From Tubiluchus corallicola (lineage: Eukaryota; Animalia; Priapulida), in assembly GCA_030141605.1 (NCBI GenBank), contig JAQGDQ010000404.1, positions 1-64,000 on the forward strand: a DNA stretch of 64,000 nucleotides, written 5' to 3'. The position numbers and the translations under genes are program-made. This document shows positions 1 through 14,853 of this stretch, piece by piece. A model generated the notes under the pieces. It saw nothing but the letters and a program-made list of their open reading frames with translations. It was not told the origin of the DNA and ran no database searches. Position 1 is the stretch's first letter, and each line of letters starts with the position of its first letter.

Positions 1-139
1 GGATTCTAATACAAATTACAAACTACAAAGCATTGGCATTTACAATGTTTAAAAATTCCTCAACTATAAGCAGACCTCTCGCCTCGTAGGCCTATGGACC
101 CGACAAACTTTAGTTGAGTTTGAAAACGTTAAAGTGTTA

Positions 140-147
140 TATCGATA
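140..147. promoter_or_regulatory. DRE-like palindrome TATCGATA upstream of RPS5
   Basis: Exact DRE consensus about 240 bp upstream of the TCT initiator. It could occur by chance in AT-rich DNA. Confidence 0.25.
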
Positions 148-380
148 AAACATTTGAAAAGCGATAATATACAAGTACTGTACTATACAAGATTCGCAGC
201 AGTGTTGAGTTGTGCTTTAAAGGCCGTAAGAACTTAAACGAGAAACAAGAAAACTTAGTCTAAACATTTGTAGTACAAGAATAATAATTAATACGATACA
301 GCGAAAACTCCAATTGGTCGTAAGGTTGCCACAGGAATCATAACGCGCTGTTGCTGATTTAAGATGTGAGGCCCTTAAAA

Positions 381-414
381 TCTCTCTTTCCGTGCTGTAC
401 AGCAAAAATTTGTA
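381..414 (+). promoter_or_regulatory. RPS5: RPS5 TCT-type initiator / 5'TOP non-coding first exon
   Basis: Pyrimidine tract TCTCTCTTTCC at 381-391, followed by a donor GTGAGT at 415. The next acceptor (ttccag, 2351) sits directly before the ATG. This layout is typical of ribosomal protein genes. Confidence 0.7.
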
Positions 415-1375
415 GTGAGTTATAATTTTTCTGATAAAATTCTGTCAATAAATCAACATTAGGATCATCGCTAATTTATTTTGGTCAATTGTAAGAAAGG
501 AATTATTGAGTGCAAGAGTTTTGTATATTGATTACGTTTTTAAGTTCGATTCATCATCATATGCCCATTACGTCTGTTGTAGACGCTGGTAGGAGGATTC
601 TGAAGGAAATTTGCCTTGTAAGAGTGGTACAGCAGTAATCCACTGTACGACAATGGCTTGTCAGCGATTGATTAAGTTTGATGACTGCTTTTAAATTTCG
701 AATTATCCAGGAATCAGAATTAATATTATTTTCTACTACTATTTCAGTATTTATGTGCTAGAGTGTTATTATCTCGTTTCTACAGAACCACCTTAGCAAC
801 CATACGCAACTATGGAAGATTCAATTGTGTGGACTTTGTAAGATTACCTGCCACTATAAGTAATTTTGGTTAATTTTGTGTGCAAGTATCACCAGTTTAC
901 TACGTCAGGTTAAAAAATAAAGTTTTCTCTTATTAGTCTTAATAATCACTTATCTGTGACACCTTTTCGATTGCCGGCTATAATGTCATAAGAACTTTAA
1001 GAAAAATTATAATTGGTGTTAAAAGGAAATTAGAATATTTTGTGTAGGCATTCTTTTTCAGTGCAAAACATCAAGTGTCTGATTGAATTATTTTCAAAGA
1101 CTTCAGCACATCTATGATTGTTGTAAGTACCTATAGTGGTGGGAGAAGTGCCCAAAAACCGATGCACCCTCTCCATTTTTAAAACCTTTTAGCAGTTAAG
1201 CAGATTAATGTTTTACTTTTAAATTTATGATGAGCTGTAGACTGGCTTATGTAGCAGTAACGATAAAACAATGGTAAATGGTGCACTTGCAGTTTAGTGA
1301 GGATGCTAACAAAATTTGGGTATTAATTTGTAGGAACTACGTAAACTGCTCTGGCTAAGGATAATGGGCAAATTA

Positions 1376-2054
1376 CAGCAAGTCCCCACTTAACGCCTCT
1401 CCGTTTAGCGACACTATGTTTTAACAACGCTGAACATTTGACAACTTTTTTTCACTTAGACACATGTTTCATTTTAGAGACGATTTTCGTACTTCGCTCA
1501 AAGCCAATTTTTTTTGTCAACAACTTTTTTACTTAATTTGATGCATTTAAAACAGTACACATTGCATTATTACATTCTAAAATTGCACTAGTAACATAAA
1601 CAGTACACTAAATATTATGTATGTTTTTGCTTACTGATTGACTGCCGAATGCTAGCGTGTATCAAGCCAGAGTTGGGAGCATACTTTATGTGAAGAAATT
1701 GCCATAGCACCCAGACAGTCTAGATAAAATTCCCAAGGTCGTCCCACTGCTTGCATGACTTTGGCTCTGCAGTGTTTATTGTTTAACACTGCCTAGGCTT
1801 AAATGTTAACGAAAGAGAAACTGCTAGTTATAGGTATTGGTAAGTAAGATTATATAACTGTTTCAAGCAAGCACATAGAAATTCAATAGAAATAGAAATA
1901 AGACTCATAAAATGTTTAATTTATATGATTTAAGTAGCACTGATTTTTGCCTCTGGATCTCATTTCTTTTACATTGTTTTCTGTGGAAGTCTTGTCTTCG
2001 CTTAACGTCGCATTTTGCTGGAATGCATTAGCGTCGTTAACCGAAGACTTACTG
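1376..2054. mobile_element. Tc1/mariner (Tigger/pogo-like) MITE in RPS5 intron 1
   Basis: Imperfect TIRs: CAGCAAGTCCCCACTTAACG versus the reverse complement of the right end, CAGTAAGTCTTCGGTTAACG. TA on both sides (1374-1375, 2055-2056). No transposase ORF. Confidence 0.65.
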
Positions 2055-2351
2055 TATAATATTTTGTATGGTACACGCTGTACCTTAGAAGTTTTTTGAT
2101 TAGGCAAAACACTTAAACAAAGCTTAATAAGTAATCTGTAGTTTTATACAGGCTCTGTTGCTACTACAACAATCTTTCAATTTATAGTTATTTTTTATCT
2201 TTTTGTTAAATAGGAATAAATATGTGAAAAACAAAACTCATTTTTTAAGGTTTTTAAGTTTGAAATTTAATAAACTGTGAATACTTATATGAAAATACCT
2301 GGATTTAAGTAGGTCTAATGTGTGTAATACCTCAATGTATTTGTGTTCCAG

Positions 2352-5470
<3,119 letters not shown>

Positions 5471-7891
5471 TGCTGTAAGCCAGTCTCTCTGTATAATGTA
5501 TGTGAAATAAATTTGATTTGTGCGAGAAAATCAGTGACAGTTTAGTATTGTGTTCTAAATAGTTGTTATCGAAAAACACAGTATGAATATACACCCGCAC
5601 CTCACTAGTAATGCGTGGTTACCAAAAATGTCCCAAGCTGACTTATGTCACTGCAGGTCGAATCACCCGTAAATCCACATGCATAGCAAAATCGTCCATA
5701 AGTTGGCAATTAAGCTTTTCTTGTTATACACGTGTCCTGAATCTCCATTTCATGAGAATCATTTTGATACCAAGCTCATCACTTTGTATTATTTCTAAGC
5801 TGAGATAATCCACGTTGAAGCTGAGGTACACGCTACGCACTGAGAAACTTAACCTTGAGAAAATCGCTGTTCAAGTTTGCCATTGTTTTTCGTCGCATTT
5901 CTATAAAACTCTTAGCAACTGCATAAATGATAATTGCTACAGACTTTGCAAGAACGCATTGAAGTTATGTTTAAATCCAGTAGATGGCTCTTTTGGACGA
6001 AGATCTGGGCTTGGCAACAGAAAAAACTCGAAGCAAAATGACTGCTTCCGCAAGCTACTATCAGAGTTTGAAAATAAGAGTTTTTTACAATTGCAGTACT
6101 AGTTTTTAGCGAGAGAAGTGTGTACAGAGTTATAAAATTAGATTTGTTAATATTGTTTGAACATTTTCTTGATAATTTGATGATATAATATAAAAGCCCG
6201 ATATATTCAGTATTTGTTTCGATGAAAAACATAAAATTGACATTTGATCAAATTTTTGATGCATTCTACTTTGAAGCATCATAACGTAGTTTTGATTATG
6301 CCGATTTATGGACGCTTTTGGTTTAAAAGCACACGTGGTATTAAGTACTGAAATAACTGATTAACAGAAGTAGTCACAGCTGTGTATTAACTAATTAAGA
6401 TTAACTTATGATTAAGATTTTGGTATTCGTCTTGAATCTCATAGTTGATTGTTTATCAACCTTTCTTCTCCGTAAACGTTTCACTTAACTCGTTAGCCTT
6501 GCAAGCTAGAGTCACGAAAATCACGGGGTGGGTAACCTTGTGGGAGGATCGTTCAGTTTACAATTATGATTCAACACCCAGGGCTTTTTTATATTTTTTA
6601 TATTATAAGTGTTTAGGTATTATGGGGTAGATTTAAAAGTCATTTAGTGACCTTTTAGATGCTAAGGACTAGGGACATAAAAGTCACAGGGCACACAGAG
6701 TAAAGGAAATTATGTTTATATGTGATCTGAGAATGCCTGGTCAAAGCTGGGTGGATCTTCGTTTTGTTCTCGTTATGCTCAAATGTTCGTGCTAAAGTTT
6801 TTGAGGTAGAATCCCAATTTTTGGTATGTGCATGGCTAAATATGGGTCATTGGGTAGTGGGAAAATTTTCCGCTAGGGGCAAAAACTAAAATTTTGGGGT
6901 CGGAGACAAATCTGTCAGTGGCAATAGCTTGTAGCTAATCAAATGAAGTCTTGATGAGGCAAATTGAATAGTACTGGTTACAGTGAGATTGTTTGACCTC
7001 TCACCTCATTAGTGAGCAAAATATGAATTCTGGAGATAAGTGCTTCCAGTATCATCAAGCAATGCTAGCTTGTACTTACTTAAGCGAAAGGTCCCAATGA
7101 GACAGATTGAATGGTATAAATTGACAGGACCTTGGTTGACCTGTTGTCCACAAGTCACAGGTTGGAAAGTTAGAAGTCGCGGTTTCGTTGTGCAGTTCTA
7201 GGTAATCAAGGCATGCGAATTCAGTAAAATCAAAATTATAACTTTCAAACAAAAGGCCAACGTCATTTCATTGTCTAATTCTGTAACTTTTGCTTGCAAA
7301 ATCTTTAGTTTCTGACCACATCAGAAATATTGTCAAACTAGTGTAACTTTACTATTCATACGTGCATTAATTCATTCATGAAGTGCGATGTGACGATGTC
7401 TCAGGAATGAACAAATGTTCTAAAACAATTAATGGCAATGCCATTGCACTCGAATGGTGAAGCGACATTTCTGTAACATTAAAACTGCATACAACAATGG
7501 GGCAACTAGGTTAAAAGTTTAAATTTTGCGTAAATTTACTGCTTGCAGAAAGCTTGTCTGAATAGCTATGAAGTGTTCTGTCTTTTTTTAAATTGAGAGA
7601 AAGTATTAACAGTGCAGTATCATGTTTTAAATGTATAGCTGATTTGTAAACTTTAGAGTTTATTGGAGACAAATGAACAAGTCTAAGAAGCAACAATTTC
7701 CACATGGTTACTACAAATAATTGGTCAAAAAACTTGGTTTATTTTTATGAACAATATTTCATTTCACATGTGTTATTGATGAGCTTGTATTAACACATGT
7801 AGTCAAATGCATACCTAAAAGCAATATTAAACGTAGTTACAATCACCAGGATTATAGCACAGTTTTCCCGTGCTGTCGGTGCATGAAGAAA

Positions 7892-10340
7892 CTAGTTAAC
7901 ATCTGTGATAACAAACACTTTAGTCTTCTTAGTTTTCTGACTACGAATGAAAACGTCTTTAAAGCTTTCCCTGAAAGTTTCGCTTAAGAAAGCATAAATA
8001 AATGGATTAATGGCACTGTTGCAGAATTGCAGTGTGTGTCCCATCAACTTCACTACGTATGTTGTGTCGGTAAACGACCACATTCCCGCATCATAGCTCA
8101 GTTGCACGCAGTGTGTTGGCAGCCAACATACCGCAAATACGAGGACAACTACCAATAGCAGTTTCGTCGTTTTCGTTCTGGACTGTTGGTAAATATTGGG
8201 CGGATGTTGGCTACGCGGACTGATACTTGTCCTCAGATTTTTTGCTATGAGCAGGTATGCTGATGAGATGATAAAAAGTGGGGTTAGATAAAAGGCTACG
8301 AATAACATAGCTGTGAACATTGTGCGGTGGTATGGTGTTTTCCAATGTTCTACGCAGTATTCAGTCCATGTACCCTCGTCCCAGTAGAGTACAGTTCGCA
8401 TGATAAAAACTGTTGGTAGTAAACCAATGAAACTTGTAATCCATATTACGGAGAGTATAGTAACTGTTCGTCCTACTGTTCTGCAATTTAAAATTAAATA
8501 CTTTTGCAGAACACATGGCGTAATTTACATAATTTACACATGGCAATTCAAATTAAAACATTATGCAGATTACACATCTGTTAACGAAAGTTGATTTCAC
8601 ATTTCTTCCATTTCAATTGTCTGTTTATTCAATGTGCGGCCCCTGATTTGTCTACAAGTCTGTACAAGATTCAATGCAAATAATTTAGATCCAAGTGATT
8701 ATAAAGTAAGTAGAGTTAATGATACTAATGTATGTAACTAGGCATATACTTCAAAATATACCTGAATATTCGTGATCGTAATGGTTTGACAATGGCATAA
8801 TATCTGTCAACAGCTAATGCAGTCATCGTCATAACATTTACTGATAGAGCGACTAGTGTAAGATAACTCCAGCATTTGCCTACACAAAACGACATAAATT
8901 TAATATCAATATCATAATTCATAAACACCAGATATCATGAAATTATAGGCAGTACAATTCTAAAATGCACATATGGTCGAATATCAGGCAAGTGACTTTT
9001 GGATTTGAGAAATAACTAGCTATAATCAGTTTAAAGTTTTTTGTATTGGTCACTGCTGCACTATATATGTGCCTATTTTATTCTAATCTATGAGCTTATT
9101 CTGCATGTGATCTGTTAGGATTTTGATGTAAGAAATTGGCACAGCTGATCAGCTACTCCAGTTTCCTAAGGGATATACATTACAGCACTGTTGCTTGTCT
9201 TACATTCAGTTGAAAGCAGATTTAATGATACTGTTTACTGGACAAACTGTAAAATAACATTCTGCAACATTGGCGGTTTCACTTGTGCAATGCATGTGAA
9301 CAGACTGAAGAGACCCTTAGTTAGGCCTTAGCATACTTACACATCAACTGACCAAATGGCCAACTGGTTAGTAGATAATGTACTGCAATATATGGTACAC
9401 AGTAAATAAGCAACATCAAGTCTGCTACGGCTAAGTTGACCAGATACAGATTGGTAACCGTCCTCATTGGTCCATTAATCAGGACCACGTATAAAACCAG
9501 ACCATTACCGATAATGCCAACTGCAAAAATAAAATATAATTATTATGAAAGACAAGTGAAATAAATGGCATAAAGCAACAATGACTGGCCAGAGAGAAGT
9601 AGCTGCAGATTCTGATTATATAGCAGTTAGCAAAGAAAATGCAGCCCTTTTGTCAGAAACATACAGAAGCAACACAATCTATCATCATCAGGTGATTTCA
9701 AATTACTACTGTCATTTTAATGCTATAAAGGTAGTGTTTCACCATGTGATTTCTACACTTTATGCTCTTTTAGATGCAGTGACTGTTGTTGAAGGCCCAT
9801 TGCGTCTACAGACAGTGGACAATATGACTCTGTCTAGTGCCTTCAAGATTGGTAAACTCAGCAGCTAGTCCAATTAAGTATGTACCAGACAGTAGATATA
9901 CACTACTATGCCAGTGGCTTTTCACCACTTCATTTATTCTAAACGTACTAACTAGTAGCTTCATATAAAAGGCAATATGGACAATGTTGAGTCAAAGAAA
10001 GAGTTTTGGCAGTGTCACATAAAATCATCAAAAAGTTTTTACAGGACTACTAGAAAACACAAAATGGAAGTCAGCGTAGTTTTTGCAACAGTTACTGTTA
10101 TTTACGAATTACTGCATATGCAATTTTCTTACCTAAAAAAATAAAGCTAAATGTAGTGAGGATGCCGATGACAATGCTGCTGTTGCTATAGGAACCATCA
10201 GCGTAGTTTATATAGGTGTAATTCTCAGGTGCCACATCCCATTCGGTCCCATTACAGTCTCCACAATTCAACTCCACATTGCACTGAATACACGTCCCCA
10301 GCATAGAGCTGCTGTTTGTTAAAGCTAAAGTCGGTTCCAT
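7892..10340 (-). CDS. Class A peptide GPCR, galanin/allatostatin-A/kisspeptin receptor-like, ~364 aa, 4 coding exons
   Basis: Exons (-) 10340-10133, 9520-9341, 8879-8762, 8480-7892; phases consistent. Motifs: glycosylated N-terminus, GIIGNGLV, MRTVTNLYLVNLAVADL, WPFGQLMCK, DRY, CWLP, NSAINPFIYAFLSETFR. AATAAA (-) at about 7738-7743. The start could instead be 10352. Confidence 0.9.
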
Positions 10341-12400
10341 TACTTGTATCATCTGTATCTTAAATAATGCCACAAACAATTTGGAGCTTATATCTCAAAC
10401 ATTTATTAATTTATAATAATAATAAATTTGATGATAAGCGGCAAACTAGATTCGATTACGAATGCTGTGACAACTAGATAATAATAACGATGCTGAATGT
10501 GCATGACTTTGGCCGTATTTCATAGAACTGTTGCCCAAAGCAAGTTATTTTAAATAAAAATAAGCTTTAATTAAACAGTAATGTAATTTCAGCTCCCTAA
10601 ATATTAGTCTTAACATTTCTGCTCAGCAAGGCTTATATGGATGCCAAACTGCAAAATCCTTCATTATGTGATTATATGCCAGTCAACAGACACATCTTTT
10701 GCTGCGGTAATTAAGTATGAACATTGATTTTGTTTTTATCTTACTTTCATAGAACCAAAGTGCAACAATTCGTAAACAAAAATATTAGTACCTTAATAAA
10801 AAAATTGTCAGTTTATCAGGAATATAAAGACGACATACCAATCATAGGCTACAGTCCAAAACTGTGATGTAGTTGACTGATTGTAAAAAATCAGCTACAC
10901 ATACTTTAAAATGGCTGGTTTTCGCTCATTGAGCAGCAACTTACACACTACCACTCGGAACTATACAGCAAAAGCATTCACTGAAGCATAGAAGCAGTAA
11001 CACAGACAAGGACAATTTACTTCCCCTGTGGCAGTGCAGATATAATTTTTCTATGCTTCAGTGATGCTAGTAGCTGTTCTGTAAATAGTCTATAATAGTA
11101 TATAAATAACACTTTAAAATGAGTTCTGTTCCAGATTTGTGATGTTCCCACTTTTACAGACGAGGCTGAAATGTTAATAAAAAGTTTTCTACAGCAAAAA
11201 TAGAATATGACATTAGACGACAAACAAAACACACCAATTTGACAACTGATAGTTGCTTTTAAACTACATAAAGTGTATAGAGAACAAGAAAAAACAGCAG
11301 AGTTAAAAGCTTTTTGACTTTTCAATCACACACTGCGCATACATCACCCAGTATACAAGAAGCGAAAGTAAAAGCGACATTGTATAATAACAAGACCAAG
11401 ATCATAAATTGAATTATTTATTATCCACAGGTAGGCCAATAAATAGATAGGGAATTGGAAACGTTATGAAAGACAACAGAAAAGCACAAAAATACCAATT
11501 TACCTAATTACAATCAAGTTAATATCGATAAACAAAATAAAAATTATACTGTAAAGTGTAAACTATAAAATGTAAACTATAATTGTATAGTATAGCTTAT
11601 TATAATACTTATTAGAGTAATAAAACCAAATAAAAAATCAAACTTTGTCTACATAATGTGATAATGACTAGAGGTTGAGTAATATTTCCTTAAAATATGC
11701 AAGCTAACACCAATCACAGGTACATAACTAATATGAAAAACCCTCCTTATCACATGATTTCCACAATTGACACTGGTGTACTTAGAGAAATCAATAAAAT
11801 CAGATAATACACTATTATAGAATAATCCAAAACTGTCATTTCATTGCACTTATCCCAACAACTGAGAATGGACATTTCAATTAAGAGAAAAAATAAATAC
11901 GAGCGCATCATAATGAACACACCTGCATTTTTACAACTGGAAACAAGTGAAATTATTTAGGAGTTAGCTGACATTTCTTACAATAAAACATCATGCTACT
12001 GTATTGTGATTCATTAAAATTGCTGAAAATACAGCAAAAAATTCCTACACACTGATTTTCTGCTTTCTGTTTCAATAAAAAAGCATAATGCATTCTGTTC
12101 CTTGAATCACAGCCATTAGCCGCAATGGCTCAGAAAATCTGATCAGATGCACCATGTAATGTCAATTTGGAGTTACAAAAATTAACCATATGCACCAGAC
12201 CTAGATTGTTTAACTTAGAAGACATAACTTACTGCATTTCACTATACATAACACTTGATAATATACCGAATTATAAAGTTTTTCAGCTCTTTATGCAAAA
12301 AGTTGGTCTACTTTTTGTTTTTCTGAAAGTTCAACGACAATTAAAGTTAAATTATCGTACAATACTGGTTTCACCTCTGATCTGTGATTTTGACAAATTT

Positions 12401-14815
12401 TTAACCCAGAGATCGACTACGAAGTAATTTCAGTGCATCTATCTGAGCTTTGGCTTTGGCTGCTCGATCCATCATGTGTGAAATGAAACGTTTTTGTTCT
12501 TCTCTAGCCTTTAGTAACACTTCCATTGCACTGCGTATATCCTACATGAAATTCCAGCCAGGTTTGAAAAACGTTTATGAATTTTTCTTATTAAAATAGC
12601 ATATTTAACTTACAAACTAACAGATTCTAACAACAAGCAAAAATACCTTAAAGGAAGACCGGACGACTGTTTAGACTCAATCTCATTTTAATTTACTGTC
12701 CAAAATATACATTTTCTTGCTTCAAAAAGCTAGCAATTGTTTCTTATATTTGAGTAATTAGCTTAGAAAGTTAATTAATGGTAACCGAACACAGTTATTG
12801 GTTACGTCAGAAACTAACCACAGTTTGTGCAATGGTAGGCATCTTCCCTTGTGCGTCAAGCACGTTTGCGTAAATGTTACTGTTTGACCGCATGATGTCA
12901 CGAAAATGAGCTCTACATCATATGACATCAGAAACTAACACTGCAGTTCATGATCATGGTTATCATGGTACAGCCTTCTATTTGTCGGCCAAGCGAATGT
13001 GACAAAAAGGCGCCGTTGCCAATCTTAGTAGATTCACATAGCCGAGTGTAGCTTTGAAGGTTTAACAAAATTTGAGTATCCGAGCCAATTATTATTTAAT
13101 CTAAGCTTTGATTTAAAAAAGGCTGTTTTAGTTTTCAATATTTTAGAGCATTCTTTATTCTGAACTAATGTCTACACAATCTCCCGGTTTTCCTTTAACT
13201 TATTTAGAAACACAAACACAATATATAAAGGGGGCCAAAGTTTACAATTCCCCACATACACATGAAGCAGATCAGGATTAAAGTGAGGGTTGGGATTAGG
13301 GTTAGGGTTAAGGTTGGGTTGGGTTAGGAGCAGGGTATTTAAATTGTATGGGGAATTGTAAACTTCTTCCAAAAAAATCATTCAATATACATTTTTATTA
13401 ACAAACCTGCTGACTCAGCAAACTGTCTGTGTCTCTTAAATCATTTTCTAATTGCACTAGTTCTTCATTGTCGAGTTTTGGCAAATTCTTTAAACGCTGT
13501 ACCAATTCTTTAACTTTAGTATCGGCAGCTTTAGCCGCAATAAATGCTTCGTTAGTCTGTAAAAATATTGGAGTTTTGACAAATGCATGGAATCTACTTA
13601 AGAAGATGTACCACCAAATTGGATAAGCAAACATGATTTACCATCTCCCCCTGTATAGTGATCGGTAATCATGAGTTCTTGCAAAATTTCTGATCCAGGT
13701 TGAGTAGAAATAAAAGAGCAAAACGTACATTACAAAGTATATGACACAATATGTATATGTCAGAGGCTAAGTGGGAAATCGGATATTCTGTAAGCATTTT
13801 AAATTTTAGTGAATATAAAAATAAAACAAATGTTCAACTGCTCTGATACAATTTTCCTAGGCATTTTTTACAATGCCACTTTTATTTAAGGAATGTGTGA
13901 AATTGAACCTAGTCATGTTTCAATGCACTTGCAAATTTGTGTGATTCGTTTGGTTAGCTCTTTCTCGTATCTGTCATTCCTCTTTTGTAGCGGATGATGA
14001 GAGATGCAAGCATTAAGGTATGCTGTGCAGGCTACAATTGGCAAACTCTTTCATTCAAATGGTCTAATTTTAATATGATGTAAAAAATACATACATTCTC
14101 TGCACATCAAATTTCTGTTATTAACCGCTTCTTCCAGACAATACCAGTCACAGCATTTAAACTAAGCACAACATAAAATTGTTCGTTTGAAAATTAAAAT
14201 ATAGTTTAAATTTTCCCGGAAGCACGAGTTCAATGCCAACAAACATACACATAAGCTCAATGGAGTTAACAGGCTACTGATCGCTGCTTGTTGCAAGTGA
14301 GACGTTTAAGGAAAACCAGATCCGACAGTAATATATATAAAATATTGAAAAGGGATAAATTGTTTTGTTTGCAAGAATGATTTACGTGAAAGAATTATTA
14401 CCGTGGAAATTTAATTTCACATTTATGCCATTAGTTTTTTGCTGTCATGTGCATTTTGCCATTCATACATTAGATGGACAACAGTGTCTGTATTTCGGAA
14501 TTGTGCTGTGCCTTTCAGTTCAGTTATTATGTGGCACACATACGTGGTGAAATTGCATGCTGAAAATGATAGTCAGTGCTGTACAGTAGCACTTTATCTC
14601 AATTTTAGCTTTTGTAAACATGTGCAACATGCTCATGGAATGATTCTGCCATTTTTGAAAATTACCTTCAGTTGTGATTTCATCACTTTTTGAGCTCGCT
14701 TTATATAAGTTCTTAAGCAAATAAATAATTTCTTTGGGATTATTACATGTGTAAAAATGTATACTTCAAAGCAGAGCAGAATATGAAAAATCATTGTTTT
14801 TCTTTAATTAACTAA

Positions 14816-14853
<38 letters not shown>

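Noticed and set aside
1228-1330. Box C (ATGATGA) of a possible C/D snoRNA in RPS5 intron 1
   Set aside because: No CTGA box D at a suitable distance and no terminal stem.
6485-7515. Possible TTAA-flanked DNA element between RPS5 and the GPCR
   Set aside because: The composition looks repeat-like, but the terminal inverted match is too weak to call by eye.
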